A stretch of DNA of 64,000 bases. Origin: Felis catus (Eukaryota). This document shows positions 40,321 through 53,145 of this stretch, in pieces. The stretch's first letter is position 1. Each line of letters begins with the position of its first letter. Made by a program: the position numbers and the translations under genes. The stretch covers positions 28,584,001-28,648,000 of the forward strand of contig NC_058368.1 in the NCBI RefSeq assembly GCF_018350175.1, written 5' to 3'. Below the pieces are notes generated by a model that saw only the letters and a list, made by a program, of their open reading frames with translations, searched no databases and was not told the origin of the DNA.

Positions 40321-40544
40321 TTTTTTTTTAATTTTTTTTTCAACGTTTATTTATTTTTGGGACAGAGAGAGACAGAGCATGAACGAGGGAGGGGCAGAGA
40401 GAGAGGGAGACACAGAATCGGAAACAGGCTCCAGGCTCTGAGCCATCAGCCCAGAGACCGACGCGGGGCTCGAACTCACGGACCGCGAGATCGTGACCTG
40501 AGCTGAAGTCGGACGCTTAACCGACTGCGCCACCCAGGCGCCCC
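40321..40544 (-). mobile_element. Young feline-type Can-SINE (SINEC_Fc-like)
   Basis: CpGs largely intact; perfect TSD TGTGCAACAATTTTT at 40310-40324 and 40547-40561. Confidence 0.96.
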
Positions 40545-40635
40545 AGTGTGCAACAATTTTTAATAGTCCCTATATTAAATCTCCTCTGTTTGACTACCTC
40601 AAATATTCTTCCCCCTACCCCAAAAAGGACACTGA

Positions 40636-40637
<2 letters not shown>

Positions 40638-40695
<58 letters not shown>

Positions 40696-40822
40696 TATGT
40701 ATGTATATATATATGTCTGTATATATATGTATGTATGTCTATATTACATACATGTAATATATACATATACATACATGTATATATACAGGTATGAGTGTGT
40801 GTACTTGTGTGTGTGTGCATGT
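40638..40822. repeat. Compound (AT)n/(AC)n/(TATG)n/(TG)n microsatellite
   Basis: Direct reading. Confidence 0.95.
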
Positions 40823-40827
40823 ATGGT

Positions 40828-41042
40828 TAAGATATTTTTTTTTGAGAGACAGAGAGAGGGAGAAGTCACGGGTAAGCAGGAGAGTGGTAGAGTGAGGAAA
40901 GAGAGAATCTTAAGCAGGCTCCATGGCCAGCATGGAGCCCGATGCAGGGCTCAGTCTCACAATCCTGAGACCATGACCTGAGCCAAAATCAAGAGTGGGG
41001 TGTTTCAAGTGGTACTCTTGACTGAGCCACTCAGGTGCCCCC
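40828..41042 (-). mobile_element. Older Can-SINE
   Basis: Antisense ...GAGAGAATCTTAAGCAGGCTCC...CATGACCTGAGCC...CTGAGCCACTCAGGTGCCCC. Confidence 0.88.
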
Positions 41043-42275
41043 ACGATATATCCTTTTATTTGTACTGGTGATATCAAACTATTCCTATTGTCGTCTATTT
41101 CAATGTTTTAATTAATCATACACTTTGGAAATCTTTCCATATCAGCTCATCTCGGCTAGGTGCCTCATTGATTTTAAGAGCTACAAAGTATTCCCTTGGT
41201 TAGATACACCATCATTTCTATAACTAGGACCCCCACTGTGAGCATTTAGTTGTTTCTAAGTTTTTCACCATTACTAATGGCTGTAACTAACAGCCTTGCA
41301 TGAATATATTTGCATACTTATGCAAGTAGGTTTGTACAATGACATGGAATTTTGGGTTTGCTCCCTGCCTGTGGCCTACTTCTGGTAATTGGGTCACAGA
41401 TTTGCTTTTCCACTTGGGAGTCTTGCCTTTCTTTTACCAGTACTCCAATCTCTAAAGAACCAAGACCTTGCTCTGCTTTTGTCATTTCCCCACCAGAGAC
41501 TAAAATCCTGCATCTGAACCTCTAGGCATCTCGCTATCTTTCCACCTCCTAACAGATTTCTCTGATGTCTACTTGAATCTTGAAATATTTTCCATACCCC
41601 AATTTTTTTTCCATGCTTTGTCTGCCTATTGGGATACCTGTTGTATCCCATTGATGCTGTTTACATTGACTACCATTTTTTTGCTTTAATTTTTGGATAC
41701 TCCTTTATCTACTGAGCTGGATTATTTGTATCTGCAAGTGAACTTTTGAAAACACAAAATTATATATTATCTTTTTGTTGTCTGCAGGCCTGTCTCATGA
41801 TAGGGGTTTGTTACATGCAACGATGCACTTGTGAATCTGAGGATTATCAAAGATTAGAGGATACGGCGCTTGTGAGTACAAAGGATATACTGTAATTAGA
41901 AAAATGAATTTAGGATTAGGATACAAAAAGGAAGTAGAGAGGAGTGCAAAAATAGAATTCTTGTAATTCTGGGGGCCAGAGAAATGAAACTGATGGTGTT
42001 CATGTCCTGGTTTCAGTGCTACAGTCAAAGGAAAGGCAGAGCTCAGCGGGTTGGAAGGAGAGAGCATAAGAGGATCTGTGGTTTGGTCTGAAGTGATCAG
42101 CAAGGTTATATAACCTCTTGGTACCGGGGAGTGGTTTGAAGAACACCTACTCTGTTCCTACTGTTCTCCGTGCCATCCAAGTGGCACTCTCTGCAGAATA
42201 GGAGAATAGGAGGCAGGAGAAGAGTCAAAACCTCAGAGTTAAAAGTTATAAGAATCCTGGACTATATCGGGGAAT

Positions 42276-42276
<1 letters not shown>

Positions 42277-42326
<50 letters not shown>
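42277..42326. repeat. (CA)n microsatellite
   Basis: Direct reading. Confidence 0.97.
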
Positions 42327-42328
<2 letters not shown>

Positions 42329-42912
42329 CGTGCCCACAGGCACAACCCCTGGAACAAAACCAGGAGAATTTTACAAGCATCTCACTAAAATTGCAGAGGA
42401 AGGAAATCCTTAAAAGTTTCTACTTAGCAAAGCGTGGTAAATACAGAAAGCAGACTGCCAATCATTAATCGCTGCCAATATTGTGTAAAATATAATTGTT
42501 AACTGTCTTTATCTGATAAACTTCGTGTGTTATTTCAAGGAATATAAAACATCGACGAGTACTTTTATACATGTATTCTCACAATTTCAATCTTTTTAAT
42601 CTTATTTTTGTCCCCATATAATCTTAGGATTGTTAATTGAAAATTCTTCCAGTGGAATTTATCAGGGCACAAATTCCTACAGTCAAAAGGACCAATACAC
42701 AGTAAGTCTGCCTCGGGAGGATAGTGACATTTTCTGGTGGCAGTAATGCCTGAGATAGATCTTGAACATGAAGAGTAGAGTTTGTCCATCTGAATAGGTA
42801 AGAAAGGATATCCTAGGTGAGCAAACTTCATGAACAAAAGTATGCAAGCCTGACAGCAAGCTATGTTCAGGAAATGCAAGTAGAGAAGTATTGTTGGAAC
42901 ATAAAGGGGCAG

Positions 42913-43445
42913 TGTGCTTGTTATCTATTGCTGCCTTACGAACTGCTCCAAACTCAGAGGCTTAAGACAACACCTGCTTATTATCTTAGTTTCTGTTATT
43001 CAGGAGTCTGGCACATTTTAGCTGGGTCCTCTTCTTAGGGTTTCCTGAGGCTAAAATCAAGGTTTTGGCTGCTGAAACTTCACCTGGAGACTCGACTAGG
43101 GAAAGATCAGTCACCAAGCTCTCTCAAGTTCTTGGTGCTTGTAGGTCTGAGGTCTCCGTTTTCTTGCTGCCTCTTGGCTGAGGACCACTCTCAGTTCCTA
43201 GAGGCCACTCTCAGGTCCTCACCATGTGGCCCCCGCCATTCTAGCAATGGAGATCCCGTCTTGTAGTGGATCCCTCTCACTTTGAATCTCTCTGACTTCT
43301 CCTTCTGCAATGGGAAGGAGAAATCTCTCTGCTTTTAAAGGGCTCACGTGATTAGTTTAAGCTAACCTGGACAATCTTCCTATCTTACTATTAAGTGATT
43401 AATAAGCTTGATTCCCTCTGCTGTCTTAGAATTCTGCCCAGCACA
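42913..43445 (-). mobile_element. MaLR solo LTR (MLT1E-G type)
   Basis: TTATCTATTGCTGCC...GGCTTAAGACAACA...TGCTTTTAAAGGGCTCACGTGATTAG...CTTAGAATTCTGCCCAGCACA. Confidence 0.8.
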
Positions 43446-44014
43446 GTTAGAATCTTAGGAAACGATGCTGAACAAGCAGCAGTCAGATGCCTCATTTTGA
43501 ATGGATATTGACCACCTACTAGAGAAGAAGACCACACAAAATAAAGTCTGTTACTTCAGCAAAACTGAGGTGTTTTGCCTCAAGAAGAGGAGACAAAGTC
43601 AAATGTTAAAAGGCTGTCAAAGAGGATGGATTGGCTTTATCTCTGCAGCAGGTAGCAGTGGGTGGAAGTCACAGGTAGAAATAGCACAGTGCAGGGCAAA
43701 GAAGAATTTGTATTCTCTGCATTCTTTGCATTTGTTTAAAAAGGCTCTTAAAAAATATTGATTGTGAGACCTTACCCAAATAGGTGGACTCCAGAATCTC
43801 TGACAGCAGAGCAGATAACTTTAACCTAGAGTGAAACCGCCTCTTCATGCCTCTTTCTATACTTAGCCCACCACCACCTATAACACTACTCTGTTCTATT
43901 GTGTTTCACACCCCAGGCAAACTTTCTAAAGTCCCTTAGAAGAAAATTGATATGAAATATTATATAGATATAAAAAATTAAGTGTTTGGAGCTGCTTTCT
44001 TTTTTGCTCAGCCA

Positions 44015-44385
44015 CCAAAATGGGAGACTGTAGACACATCGTACAACATGCATGAACCTTGAGGACATTATGCTAAGTGAAATAAGCTTAACACAAAAGA
44101 ATGTATGATTCCATTTACATGAAGTACCTAGGGCATTCAAATTCATAGAGACAGAAAGTAGAATGGTGATTGACAGGGGCTGGGGGGAAGGGGAAATAGA
44201 ATTTCAGCTGTATTGGGTACAGAGCTTCCATTTTGCTAGATGAAAAAACTTCTGGGGATGGACGGTGGTGAGGGTTGCATACAATGTGAATGTACTTACT
44301 GCCACTGAACTGTGCACTTAAACATGTTTAAGATGGTAAATTTTATGTTATGTATATTTTACTGGAATTCAAAAAAATGTTTTAA
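44015..44385 (+). mobile_element. L1 3' end (L1MB-like)
   Basis: ATGAACCTTGAGGACATTATGCTAAGTGAAATAAGC...CAAATTCATAGAGACAGAAAGTAGAATGGTG...GGTAAATTTTATGTTATGTATATTTTAC. Confidence 0.88.
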
Positions 44386-44976
44386 GAGAGACCGACCGTA
44401 CCAAGGAAAAGTTACAAGAGTTCCTTAGCAAGCTTCTTTCCCTGAGGATTCCTACTATATCCTCATAGAACTAAAACACTTTGACAGAAAATAATTTCTC
44501 ACTCAATTTAATGATTATAAGAACCCAGAGCTTCAGTCACAGGATAGCCATGTTTTGGAGCGTGGCTCCTTGAATATAACAACATTTAATAAATCTATTT
44601 CATTTTACTTGTGTGGTATAGATTATTAAACAGGCACTTGATTAGACTGTGATATAGAAAGGAAACACAAACACCAGGACTTGTTTTCAACAGGCAAGTC
44701 TTCACAGAGTGAGAATAGGTCACATAGAATAGGACCACTTCCTCCTCTGAAATAAATGTACAAGTAAATAAATTTTACAGTTCCAAATTCCACCTACTTC
44801 CATGTTTGTGTCTAGGTGCTGAATTTGCCTTGTTCTAGTTACAGACAGAGGGTTAAATGTCATACGTACTCAAGTCCTATCTTGAAACAAATGCTGTTGT
44901 GCATACAGTGCTAATCATTATTTTATCAAGAGAACTCCTATTTTATAGTCTATTTCTACACCATGGGTTAATCTCC

Positions 44977-45216
44977 TTTTTATTTTTTATTTATTTTTTT
45001 AATGTTTATTTATTTTTGAGAGAGAGAAAGAAAGAGTGCAAGTGGGGGAGGGGCGGAGAGAGGAGAGGGAGACACAGAATCCAAAGCAGACTCCAAGCCT
45101 CCAGGATCTGAGCTGTCAGCACAGAGCTCGATGTAGGGCTCGAACTCATGACCACAGGATCATGAGGACCTGAGCTGAAGTCAGACGTTTAACCAACTGA
45201 GCCACCCAGGCGCCCC
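44977..45216 (-). mobile_element. Can-SINE
   Basis: Antisense full-length body ending CCACCCAGGCGCCCC. Confidence 0.94.
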
Positions 45217-46404
45217 AATCTCTCTCTTTTTTTAAAAAAAATCCTTCTTCCTTAAATTTTCATATGTAATATTAGATTTTAAAATGTCTACCCTCAAGCA
45301 ATTATTAAATTTGACATCAGCATAGTGTTTGAGGTTCCATTCTTTCAGAAGCCATCAAATGTGTAATGAGACATACTGAAATTCCCCTTCCCCTGTTTCC
45401 CAAGCTCATCTTTCCAACACTCACAAAGATTTTTCAGCAAAGAACCTCACCTTATTGGGCTACATGTTTTCTACAAGAGCCTCTCTTATTTTATAAGACT
45501 AAGAAAAGAACACCAGTGTTTTGTTGCAACTCATGAATAGATCTGATAGTAAGGATAAATAAAATTTTAGTCTTTCCTAGGGAAACTAGATGTAAAATAG
45601 CTATTAAAAGTCAGTAAAAAGTTCACATAAAATCATGTACATAAATGATGACATCAATACTTGTTTGTTTCTGTGGCAGGGGTTTAGAGTCATGTATTTT
45701 CTGATTAATCATTTTGGCTCATGCGTAACTCTGCTGTAGAGGCTACTTAAATTTTCCACCCTTAAGTCAGAGAGACTGCCTTCTACGAGTTAAATATGAT
45801 ACTGTGGTTAATTGCATTCACAGAAGGCACCCTCTTCTTGCGCCTGATCTGTTGGCATTCACATATCCGCATTGTGGGTTTCGGGGCCAAGGCCTCCACT
45901 GCTTCTCCAATGTCATCATGAGGATAGCCGTATTTGGCTATTGTCCTTGTTGGGTGTTTCATCACCATGACTCTGCATGTGAATATGTGTACATGATATA
46001 AAATTAGTACAGGCTTAAGGTACTTGAGAATGTTCTGCTCACTGACCAAAAATTTTAATGAAGCATATAATCTGAACTTGGGTTCTGTTCAATTATTTGA
46101 TTTTTCAAAATGGTTTGCCTCTGTGGAAACTTGTCAGCAGTTAAGATCCAATGGTTGTTGTTTTTTTTTTTTTTTTCTCCCCCTTGGCTATATGCCGAAG
46201 CTACTGATTTCTTTTGAGTTCACATCGGTAGCTTACAGCATCATAGGCTGGTTGTTTCCTGCCCAGTTGTGGCATATCTAAAAAAAAAAAATTCTTCTCT
46301 GTAGTATCTCTAGATGTTTCTAAGTTTACTTTTTTTTATTATATTATTTTCATTCCTTAAATATGTGCAGTTATTATTCCTTTTTTTAAGAAATCAAACT
46401 GTTT

Positions 46405-46612
46405 GGGGTGCCCGGGTGGCTCAGTCGTTTAAGCGTCCGACTTCGGCTCAGGTCATGATCTCGTGGTTTGTGAGTTTGAGCCCCGTGTCAGGCTCTGTGC
46501 TGACAGCTCAGAGCCTGGAGCCTGCTTCAGATTCTGTGTTTCCCTCTCTCTCTGCCCCTCCCTGGCTCATGGTCTGTCTCTCTGTCTTTCTTAAAAATAA
46601 AGATTAAAAAAA
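46405..46612 (+). mobile_element. Can-SINE
   Basis: Perfect 17-bp TSD AAGAAATCAAACTGTTT at 46388-46404 and 46613-46629. Confidence 0.96.
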
Positions 46613-46916
46613 AAGAAATCAAACTGTTTTTTATTTTAAAAGCTTTGCTATATAACTAAAACATTTTTTCTTAATTAATCTATATGAATAAGAAATGAAA
46701 TATGGATTTCTTGTTAAAGGGAAAGGGCTTGAATTAATAAATGTTCAAATTAATAAATTAATAAAGGGGTAAGGCAAAAACAACCACTTGGAAGGGTGTT
46801 AAACTGAAAGCATGGCCTTCCATGTATTTTATTATTTATATTTCACACTTGAAAATTCAAACTGATAAGCTTAGTTGGACAACACAGCTAGAATTTAACA
46901 CAAGAAAAGAGAATGT

Positions 46917-47365
46917 TGGCATTTTCCAAAGTGTATTCCATAGAACCTTAGTTCCTTAACATGTTCATGGCCAAAAAGTTATGGATAACTTTTCATAGCA
47001 TAAAATGTTATGCCTCAAAAAATTCTTTTATCCAAAAAAATTGGGAAGCAGTGGGTTAAACAAAGTTAAACAAGCTTATTTATAGTGTGCCTTTTAGGAA
47101 TATTTATTTCATTAGTTTTTTAAAAGATTTTATCTTTAGGTCGTCTCCACACCCAGTGTGGACCTCGAACACATAACTCTGAGATCAAGAGTCACACACC
47201 CCACGACGGAGCCAGCCAGGCACTCTTTGGGAACATTTAAAATGCCCATGTGCATTGTAGAGCTCTAAGGGTCCAGTATAACAGGCAGCATCTCTAACAT
47301 GTGTTTGTACCCGTGTTTTATCTGATAGGACTGGTGTTCTATAATGCACACTTTGAGAAATTCTG
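46917..47365. mobile_element. hAT-Charlie-type non-autonomous DNA transposon
   Basis: Imperfect TIRs TGGCATTTTCCAAAGTGT and ACACTTTGAGAAATTCTG. Confidence 0.55.
47116..47226 (-). mobile_element. Short tRNA-derived carnivore SINE lacking the CT tract, nested in the hAT element
   Basis: AAAGATTTTATCTTTAGG...CTCGAAC...GAGATCAAGAGTC...GAGCCAGCCAGGCAC. Confidence 0.8.
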
Positions 47366-47554
47366 GAATATGCAAAAAATTCTTAACCTAGAGAACAGTC
47401 TAGCATGGTACAGAGTTGAAGTCATGTTCTAAACCATTTTAGTTGCTTTTTAGGAGCCACTGAAAAACTTCTTAAAAAGTCTTAAAGTCCTAAGTTGTCC
47501 ATTTAATTAGTTAGCTTCATGTTCTTATTTACACAAAGACAGGTGAGACATGAA

Positions 47555-48105
47555 GGTGTGTGGCCCACGTTGAGGGTGGGACACAAAGAGAATGGACAAC
47601 AGTCAGTGCTGCCTGGAGAATATCTAAGTTAGATTCTACACCGTAGATGTCCTTGTGATACCTCATGGGAGAATCTGTTTCAGCTTGGGCAGCTTGGACC
47701 AAATGGAGAGCACCCTCCCCACACCACACCAGTGACTCACTGTAGGCAGTACTGGTGGAAGGGATTTAAGTATAAATCTGCCGGCATACCTTTTCTCCTT
47801 CTTCCTCTGCACTCAATACTGACCTGTGGCTGGGCCAGCCAATAGCCATATAGTGATCATGAGATACTTAAGAATAAAAGCTGATGAGGTAAGGATGGCA
47901 GGGCAAGGTGGAGGACAGGGGGGCAGAGAGAGAGAGAACAAGAGCGCATATGGGTCCTTGACAGTCTCCTTGAGCCACTGCACTGGCCCCAGCCTGCTAT
48001 GTTTGAATGTTTTGTAATGAGACACAAACGAAATCCTATTTGTTTAAGCTACCATTCATTAGTCAGGCTTTGTGTTATCTGCACTGGGAACACCTCCTTA
48101 ACCAA
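47555..48105 (+). mobile_element. Old MaLR (MLT1J/K-like) LTR
   Basis: TGGGTCCTTGACAG...TTGAGCCACTGCAC...CCTATTTGTTTAAGCTAC...TTTGTGTTATCTGCA. Confidence 0.6.
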
Positions 48106-49971
48106 ACCAATGCTCTGTCTTGGCTGAGAAAGGGCTACTGTGGAAATAATGTATCTGTATAGCTGAGAAACTGAAAATCAGATGTGTCTGAACATATCTG
48201 ACAAAACAGTGGGATGAGTCTTCCAGAAGCACAGTTTCCTGTGCTCTGAAAAGCCTCTTGGGGGAAACTCATCCTGCAGAAAGCAGATGCTAGACATTAT
48301 AAGAGCTTGACTCCAGTAAGAGAGCTTTGGTTGTTGGAGAAGGAGGGGACTTTATGGAAATAGCATTGATCCTCAAATATCAATCTCAAATATCCAATAC
48401 TGATAATGAAATGTACTTCCTGACCCAGAACTCATTAGAGTTTACACTGGGTTATTAGGAGGAGGGAGTCTGTAAAAGAAAAGGAATGGCGATAACCTCA
48501 TGGGACAAGCTTAGCTTTCCAGCCCCTGTAAGGGTATAACACGTAAGGGGCACAGCACTCTCCTGCTTTGGAACACAACACTGCAGTGTTTTAACATCTC
48601 AAAAGCTCTGTGTCCTCAGCTGTTTCAGGAGGTGCTAATGCCCCAGTAAGGTGGCAAATGCCACGTGTGAGAGGGAATTTGTTTGCAAAGGCTTATAAGA
48701 TATTGTCTGGGGGCTCCTAGAAATATCTAAAGGAAGCTCTGCAGGACTCATGGGTAAACTGGATGGGGCAAAAATCCATTTACCCAAAGAAATTTGGTAA
48801 ATGCTATTAACATAGCCTTATCTATACCTGTAGCCTGGTGAAACTAAGGCAATTTATGTTATAGAATGTGCAGAGGTGTTAGCCCCCACAGCTCTACCCC
48901 TTCATTACAGCCTCCTCAGAGAGAGGCTCCTCAGGGTGGAAGGCTACAGCACTCAGCTGGTGGAGAGACAGGATCACAAACGTCATCTTGCTCTCTCCTT
49001 TCTTCATGCTTTCTCTCTTGCAGAATAAGGCACGAGCTGTACATGCCATCTTAGGCAGTATCTTTGATTCTGGAATTTTAAGAGGAAACAAGGTAAGGTC
49101 AAAGAGAGTAGGATTTACTACTCTGTTAGTAAGGCTAAGGTTGGCTGCTTAGCGCTGGCCACTGGCTTAGGAAGAGGATACACTGCATGTCAAGTATGTA
49201 TATTGTCCAGCTAGTTCAACAGGATAGAACAGCAGGTGAAGATGTAGGGATGAAACTCTAGAAGAGTGCGCTTGGGCTGGAATAATTCCCTGTATTGTAT
49301 TTCTTATATATCATAGCACAGCAATAGGCAACAGGCAGGATTCAGGCTCATCTAAGTTGGGAAAGTCGATAATATATACTCAGAAACTGAATGGTGAGGC
49401 GGCATTGAGACGGTTTCATTTCTCCTTCCTCGTGAGTATGTGTGTCTCCTTCCTTGGATTCTATCTGTTGACATACATAGGATGCTCACACACTTGACGG
49501 TTCCCCAACTCTGCTAAGACAGCAGCTCTGCCCTGTGGGTGGGTTCCACTCACCTTGATTTTAGTTTCCCTGAAAATCCCTGTAGGTGGTGAAAACCTTT
49601 GCTGCTGCAGGAAGGCAACTGGAGCTGATGAGAACTTAAGCTTGGAGATGGAAATGAATTTAGTAGTTTTTCCATTATTTTACTTTTCTTCCCAGAAATA
49701 AAGTGAAATCTGGGCTTTCAATTTATCTCCAGTCCACTAAATGATAGCTTTCCTTTTTCCTGTAACTGATTTCTGTCTCTAGAACTCACACATGATCCCT
49801 GTTTTTGGAAGACGCACTTGGACTTGCCAAATTGAAAGAATGAGAAGAGCCATATTGCTCCCAATATTGTCCTGGGAGATGCTCAGTCGATGGGAGTGGC
49901 CCTGTTTCCCTGAGGAAATGGCCACACTCTTATCCAAGGGTTTTTACATTCTTGCAATGTAAGAAAGTCTT

Positions 49972-50040
49972 TTTTTTTTAATGTTTGTTTGTTTATTTAT
50001 TTGTTTATTTATTTATTTATTTATTTATTTATTTTTTATT

Positions 50041-50082
<42 letters not shown>

Positions 50083-50250
50083 CATGAGAGGGAGAGGGGT
50101 GGAGAGAGAGGGAGACACAGAATCAGAGGCAGGCTCCAGGCTCTGAACTGTCACAGCACAGAGCCCGATTCAGGGCTTGAACTCATGAGCTGGGAGATCA
50201 TGACCTAGCTGAAGTCAGATGCTTAACTGACTGAGCCACCTAGGTGCCCC
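49972..50250 (-). mobile_element. Can-SINE with expanded (TTTA)/(TG)/(GA) tracts
   Basis: Perfect TSD TGTAAGAAAGTCTT at 49958-49971 and 50251-50264. Confidence 0.95.
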
Positions 50251-50269
50251 TGTAAGAAAGTCTTAATGT

Positions 50270-50610
50270 CTCTATATCCTTGCCAAGATTTGTCTTTTTT
50301 TATTATAGCCATCCTAGGAGTGCGAGGTGATATCCCTGAGTGGTTTGATTTGCATTGCCCTAATGACTAATAATGTTGAGTACAGTTTCATGGTTTTATT
50401 AGACTTTTAATATCTTTTTTTTTTGAGAAATGTATATTCAAATCTTTTGCCCATTTTTAAATTGGATTATGTTTGTAGTTTTTATCTTTAGGTTGTAAGA
50501 GTTCTTTAGATATTCTGGATACAAGTCTCTTATCAGTTATATGCTTTGCAAATATATTCTCCCTTTTTTGTGAGCTGTGTTTTCACTTACTGGAAGGTAT
50601 CTTTTGAAGC
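50270..50610 (-). mobile_element. L1 ORF2 3' fragment (antisense)
   Basis: TTGATTTGCATTGCCCTAATGACTAATAATGTTGAG...TCTTATCAGTTATATGCTTTGCAAATAT. Confidence 0.85.
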
Positions 50611-50656
50611 AATAAATGAGCATAATAGCAAGTTAAAAGTTAAAATTGAGTATAGC

Positions 50657-51825
50657 CATCAACAAAATTAACGGCAACCTACTCAGTAGAAGAAAATATT
50701 TGCAAATCATATACATGATAAGGGATTAATAACCAAAATATATAAAGAACTCATACAACTTAATAGGAAAAAAGTCATCTGATTTTAAAATGGGCAGAAA
50801 ATTGAATAGACATTTGTCCAAAGAAGACATAGCAATGACCAATCAGCACACAAAAAGATGCTCAATATCACTCATCATTAGGAAAATGTAAATCAAAACC
50901 ACAATGAGATATCACTTCATACCCATTAGAATGGCTATTATCAAAAAGACAAGAGATGACAAATGTTGGCAAGGATGTAGAGAAAAGGGAACTCTTGTGC
51001 TCTGTTGATGGGAATGTAGAGTGGTGGAGCCACTGTAGAAAAACAATATCGAGGTTCCTCAAAAAACTAAAAATGGAACTACCATATAATCTAGCAATTC
51101 TATTTCTGAGTACTTATCCAAAGGAAATGAAAACACTAAGTTGAAAAAATATATGCACCCCAATGTTCATTGCAGCATTATTAAAATAGCCAAGACTTGG
51201 AAACAACTTAAGTGTACATCTAGATGAATGGATAAAGAAGATGTAGCATATACATGTATAATAGAATATTATTCAGCCATAAAAAAGAAGGAAATCTTAC
51301 CATGTGCGACAATGTGGGTTAACTTTGAAGGCATTATGCCAAGTGAAGTAAGCCAGACAGAGAAAGACAAATACCATATTACCCCACTTATATGTGGAAT
51401 CTAAAAACAAAATAAAACCAGACTCAAAGACACAGAGAACAGATTGTGGCAGCTGGGGCGGAGGGGTGGGGAGTGGAAAGGTACATAGGGTGTGGGGGGC
51501 AAATGGGTAAAGATGGTCAAAAGGTACAAACTTCCACTTATAAAATTAAATCCGTCATGAGGATATAATGTACGGTGTGGTGATTATGGTTAATAATACT
51601 GTATTGTATATTTAAAAGTAGCTAAGAGAATAGATCTGAAAAGTTCTCATCACAAGAAAAATTATAATTTTTTGTGGTGATGGGTGTTAACTACACATAT
51701 TGCAGTGATCATTTTGCAATATATACATACATGGAATCATTATGTTGTACACCTGAAACCAATATAATGTATATGCCACTTATACCTCAACAAAAATTTA
51801 AATAATAAAAAACAGAAACAAAAAA
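50657..51825 (+). mobile_element. 5'-truncated L1 (L1MA-like): ORF2 C-terminus plus 3'UTR
   Basis: ORF 50956-51144 (VGKDVEKRELLCSVDGNV...FLKKLKMELPYNLAI) is a degenerate L1 ORF2p C-terminus; 3'UTR and A tail follow; probable TSD around TGAGTATA. Confidence 0.92.
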
Positions 51826-51991
51826 GAATGAGTATAACTTTGCACATCACATTTAAGAGTATCATTCATGAATTAAATAAAGTGGACAAAGAATTGTAAA
51901 CCATAAAGAATGGATGAAGGAGGAGTCAGTGCTGACCATGGAAGGAAGTAAGGAGATATGTACCTCAATGGTTAAATATATAAAGGGCTGC

Positions 51992-52017
51992 AAATGTCCA
52001 TTGGATAAAGAAGATGT

Positions 52018-52059
<42 letters not shown>

Positions 52060-52450
52060 CTCACACACAATGGAGTATTACTCAGCAATCAAAAAGAATG
52101 AAATCTTGCTATTTGCAACTATGTGGATGGAACTGGAGGGTATTGTGCTAAGTGAAATTAGGCAGTCAGAGAAAGACAAAAATCATATGACTTCACTCAT
52201 ATGAGGACTTTAAGAGACAAAAGAGATGAACATAAGGGAAGAGAAACGAAAATAATATAAAAACAGGGAGGGGGACAAAGCATAAGAGACTCATAAATAT
52301 GGCGAACAAACTGAGGGTTACTGGAGGGCTTGTGGGAGGGGGGATGGGCTAAATGGGTGAGGGGCACTAAGGAATCTACTCCTGAAATCATTGTTGCACT
52401 ACATGCTAACTAATTGGGATGTAAATTTAAAAACAAACAAAATAAATAAG
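51992..52450 (+). mobile_element. 5'-truncated carnivore L1 3' end with internal (TG)n
   Basis: TMEYYSAIKKNEILLFATMWMELEGIVLSEI (ORF2p end), then 3'UTR; flanking duplication TAAATAT..AAAGGGCTGC at 51973-51991 and 52451-52469. Confidence 0.92.
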
Positions 52451-52935
52451 TAAATATGAAAAGGGCTGCCATAGAAACCAGAGAACAGACATGAGATGAG
52501 TTACTCCCGAAGGAAAAACTGCTACCAAAGATGGAAGTACTAGAGCAGATTCGGGTTCAAAGATTTTAGATGTTAGGCTTGTTCAGCAAAAACGGGGCTT
52601 CAGAGGAGCTCTCCACAGTGGACACTCCAAGTTAAAACGGTCACACCTCAACGACGTATTAGAGAGGATTGAACATTCTCTGGGAAGTTAAACTAGATAA
52701 TCTTGTGGTTTTCTTCTTGTCTAAATTCTATGATTCTTTTAAAGTACACATTTTCAAATCATAAGAGATCATATTGGTCAACATAAGAGAATTTTTTCAC
52801 TTAATCAAGCTGTGTGAGAATTTTGAATAGTCATGTTAAAATTATACTAAAAATATCCATTCTCCTCCCAAAAAGTCATCCAGTAGAAGCCATTCTAGAA
52901 ACACTGCTCAAAACCTTAAAAGTTTGAAAGTTTCA

Positions 52936-53145
52936 GGGGTGCCTGGGTGGCTCAGTCAGTTGGGCATCTGACTTTGGCTCAGGTCATGATCTCACAGCTT
53001 GTGAGTTCGAGCCCCACGTTGGGCTCTGTGCCGACAGCTCAGAGCCTGGAGCCTGCTTCAGATTCTGTGCCTCCCTCTCTGTGTCCCTCCCCTGCTTGCA
53101 CTCTGTCTCTCTCTCAAAAATAAATAAAGATAAAAAATTTTTTTT
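52936..53145 (+). mobile_element. Can-SINE
   Basis: TSD AAAGTTTGAA(A/G)GTTTCA at 52919-52935 and 53146-53162. Confidence 0.95.

Noticed and set aside
48640..48670. CTCF-like CCAGTAAGGTGGCA plus CACGTG
   Set aside because: Spacing differs from the CTCF core by one base, and there is no other support.
50868..52204. Active L1 or functional ORF2
   Set aside because: 5'-truncated with frameshifts and stops; only short ORF2p remnants remain.
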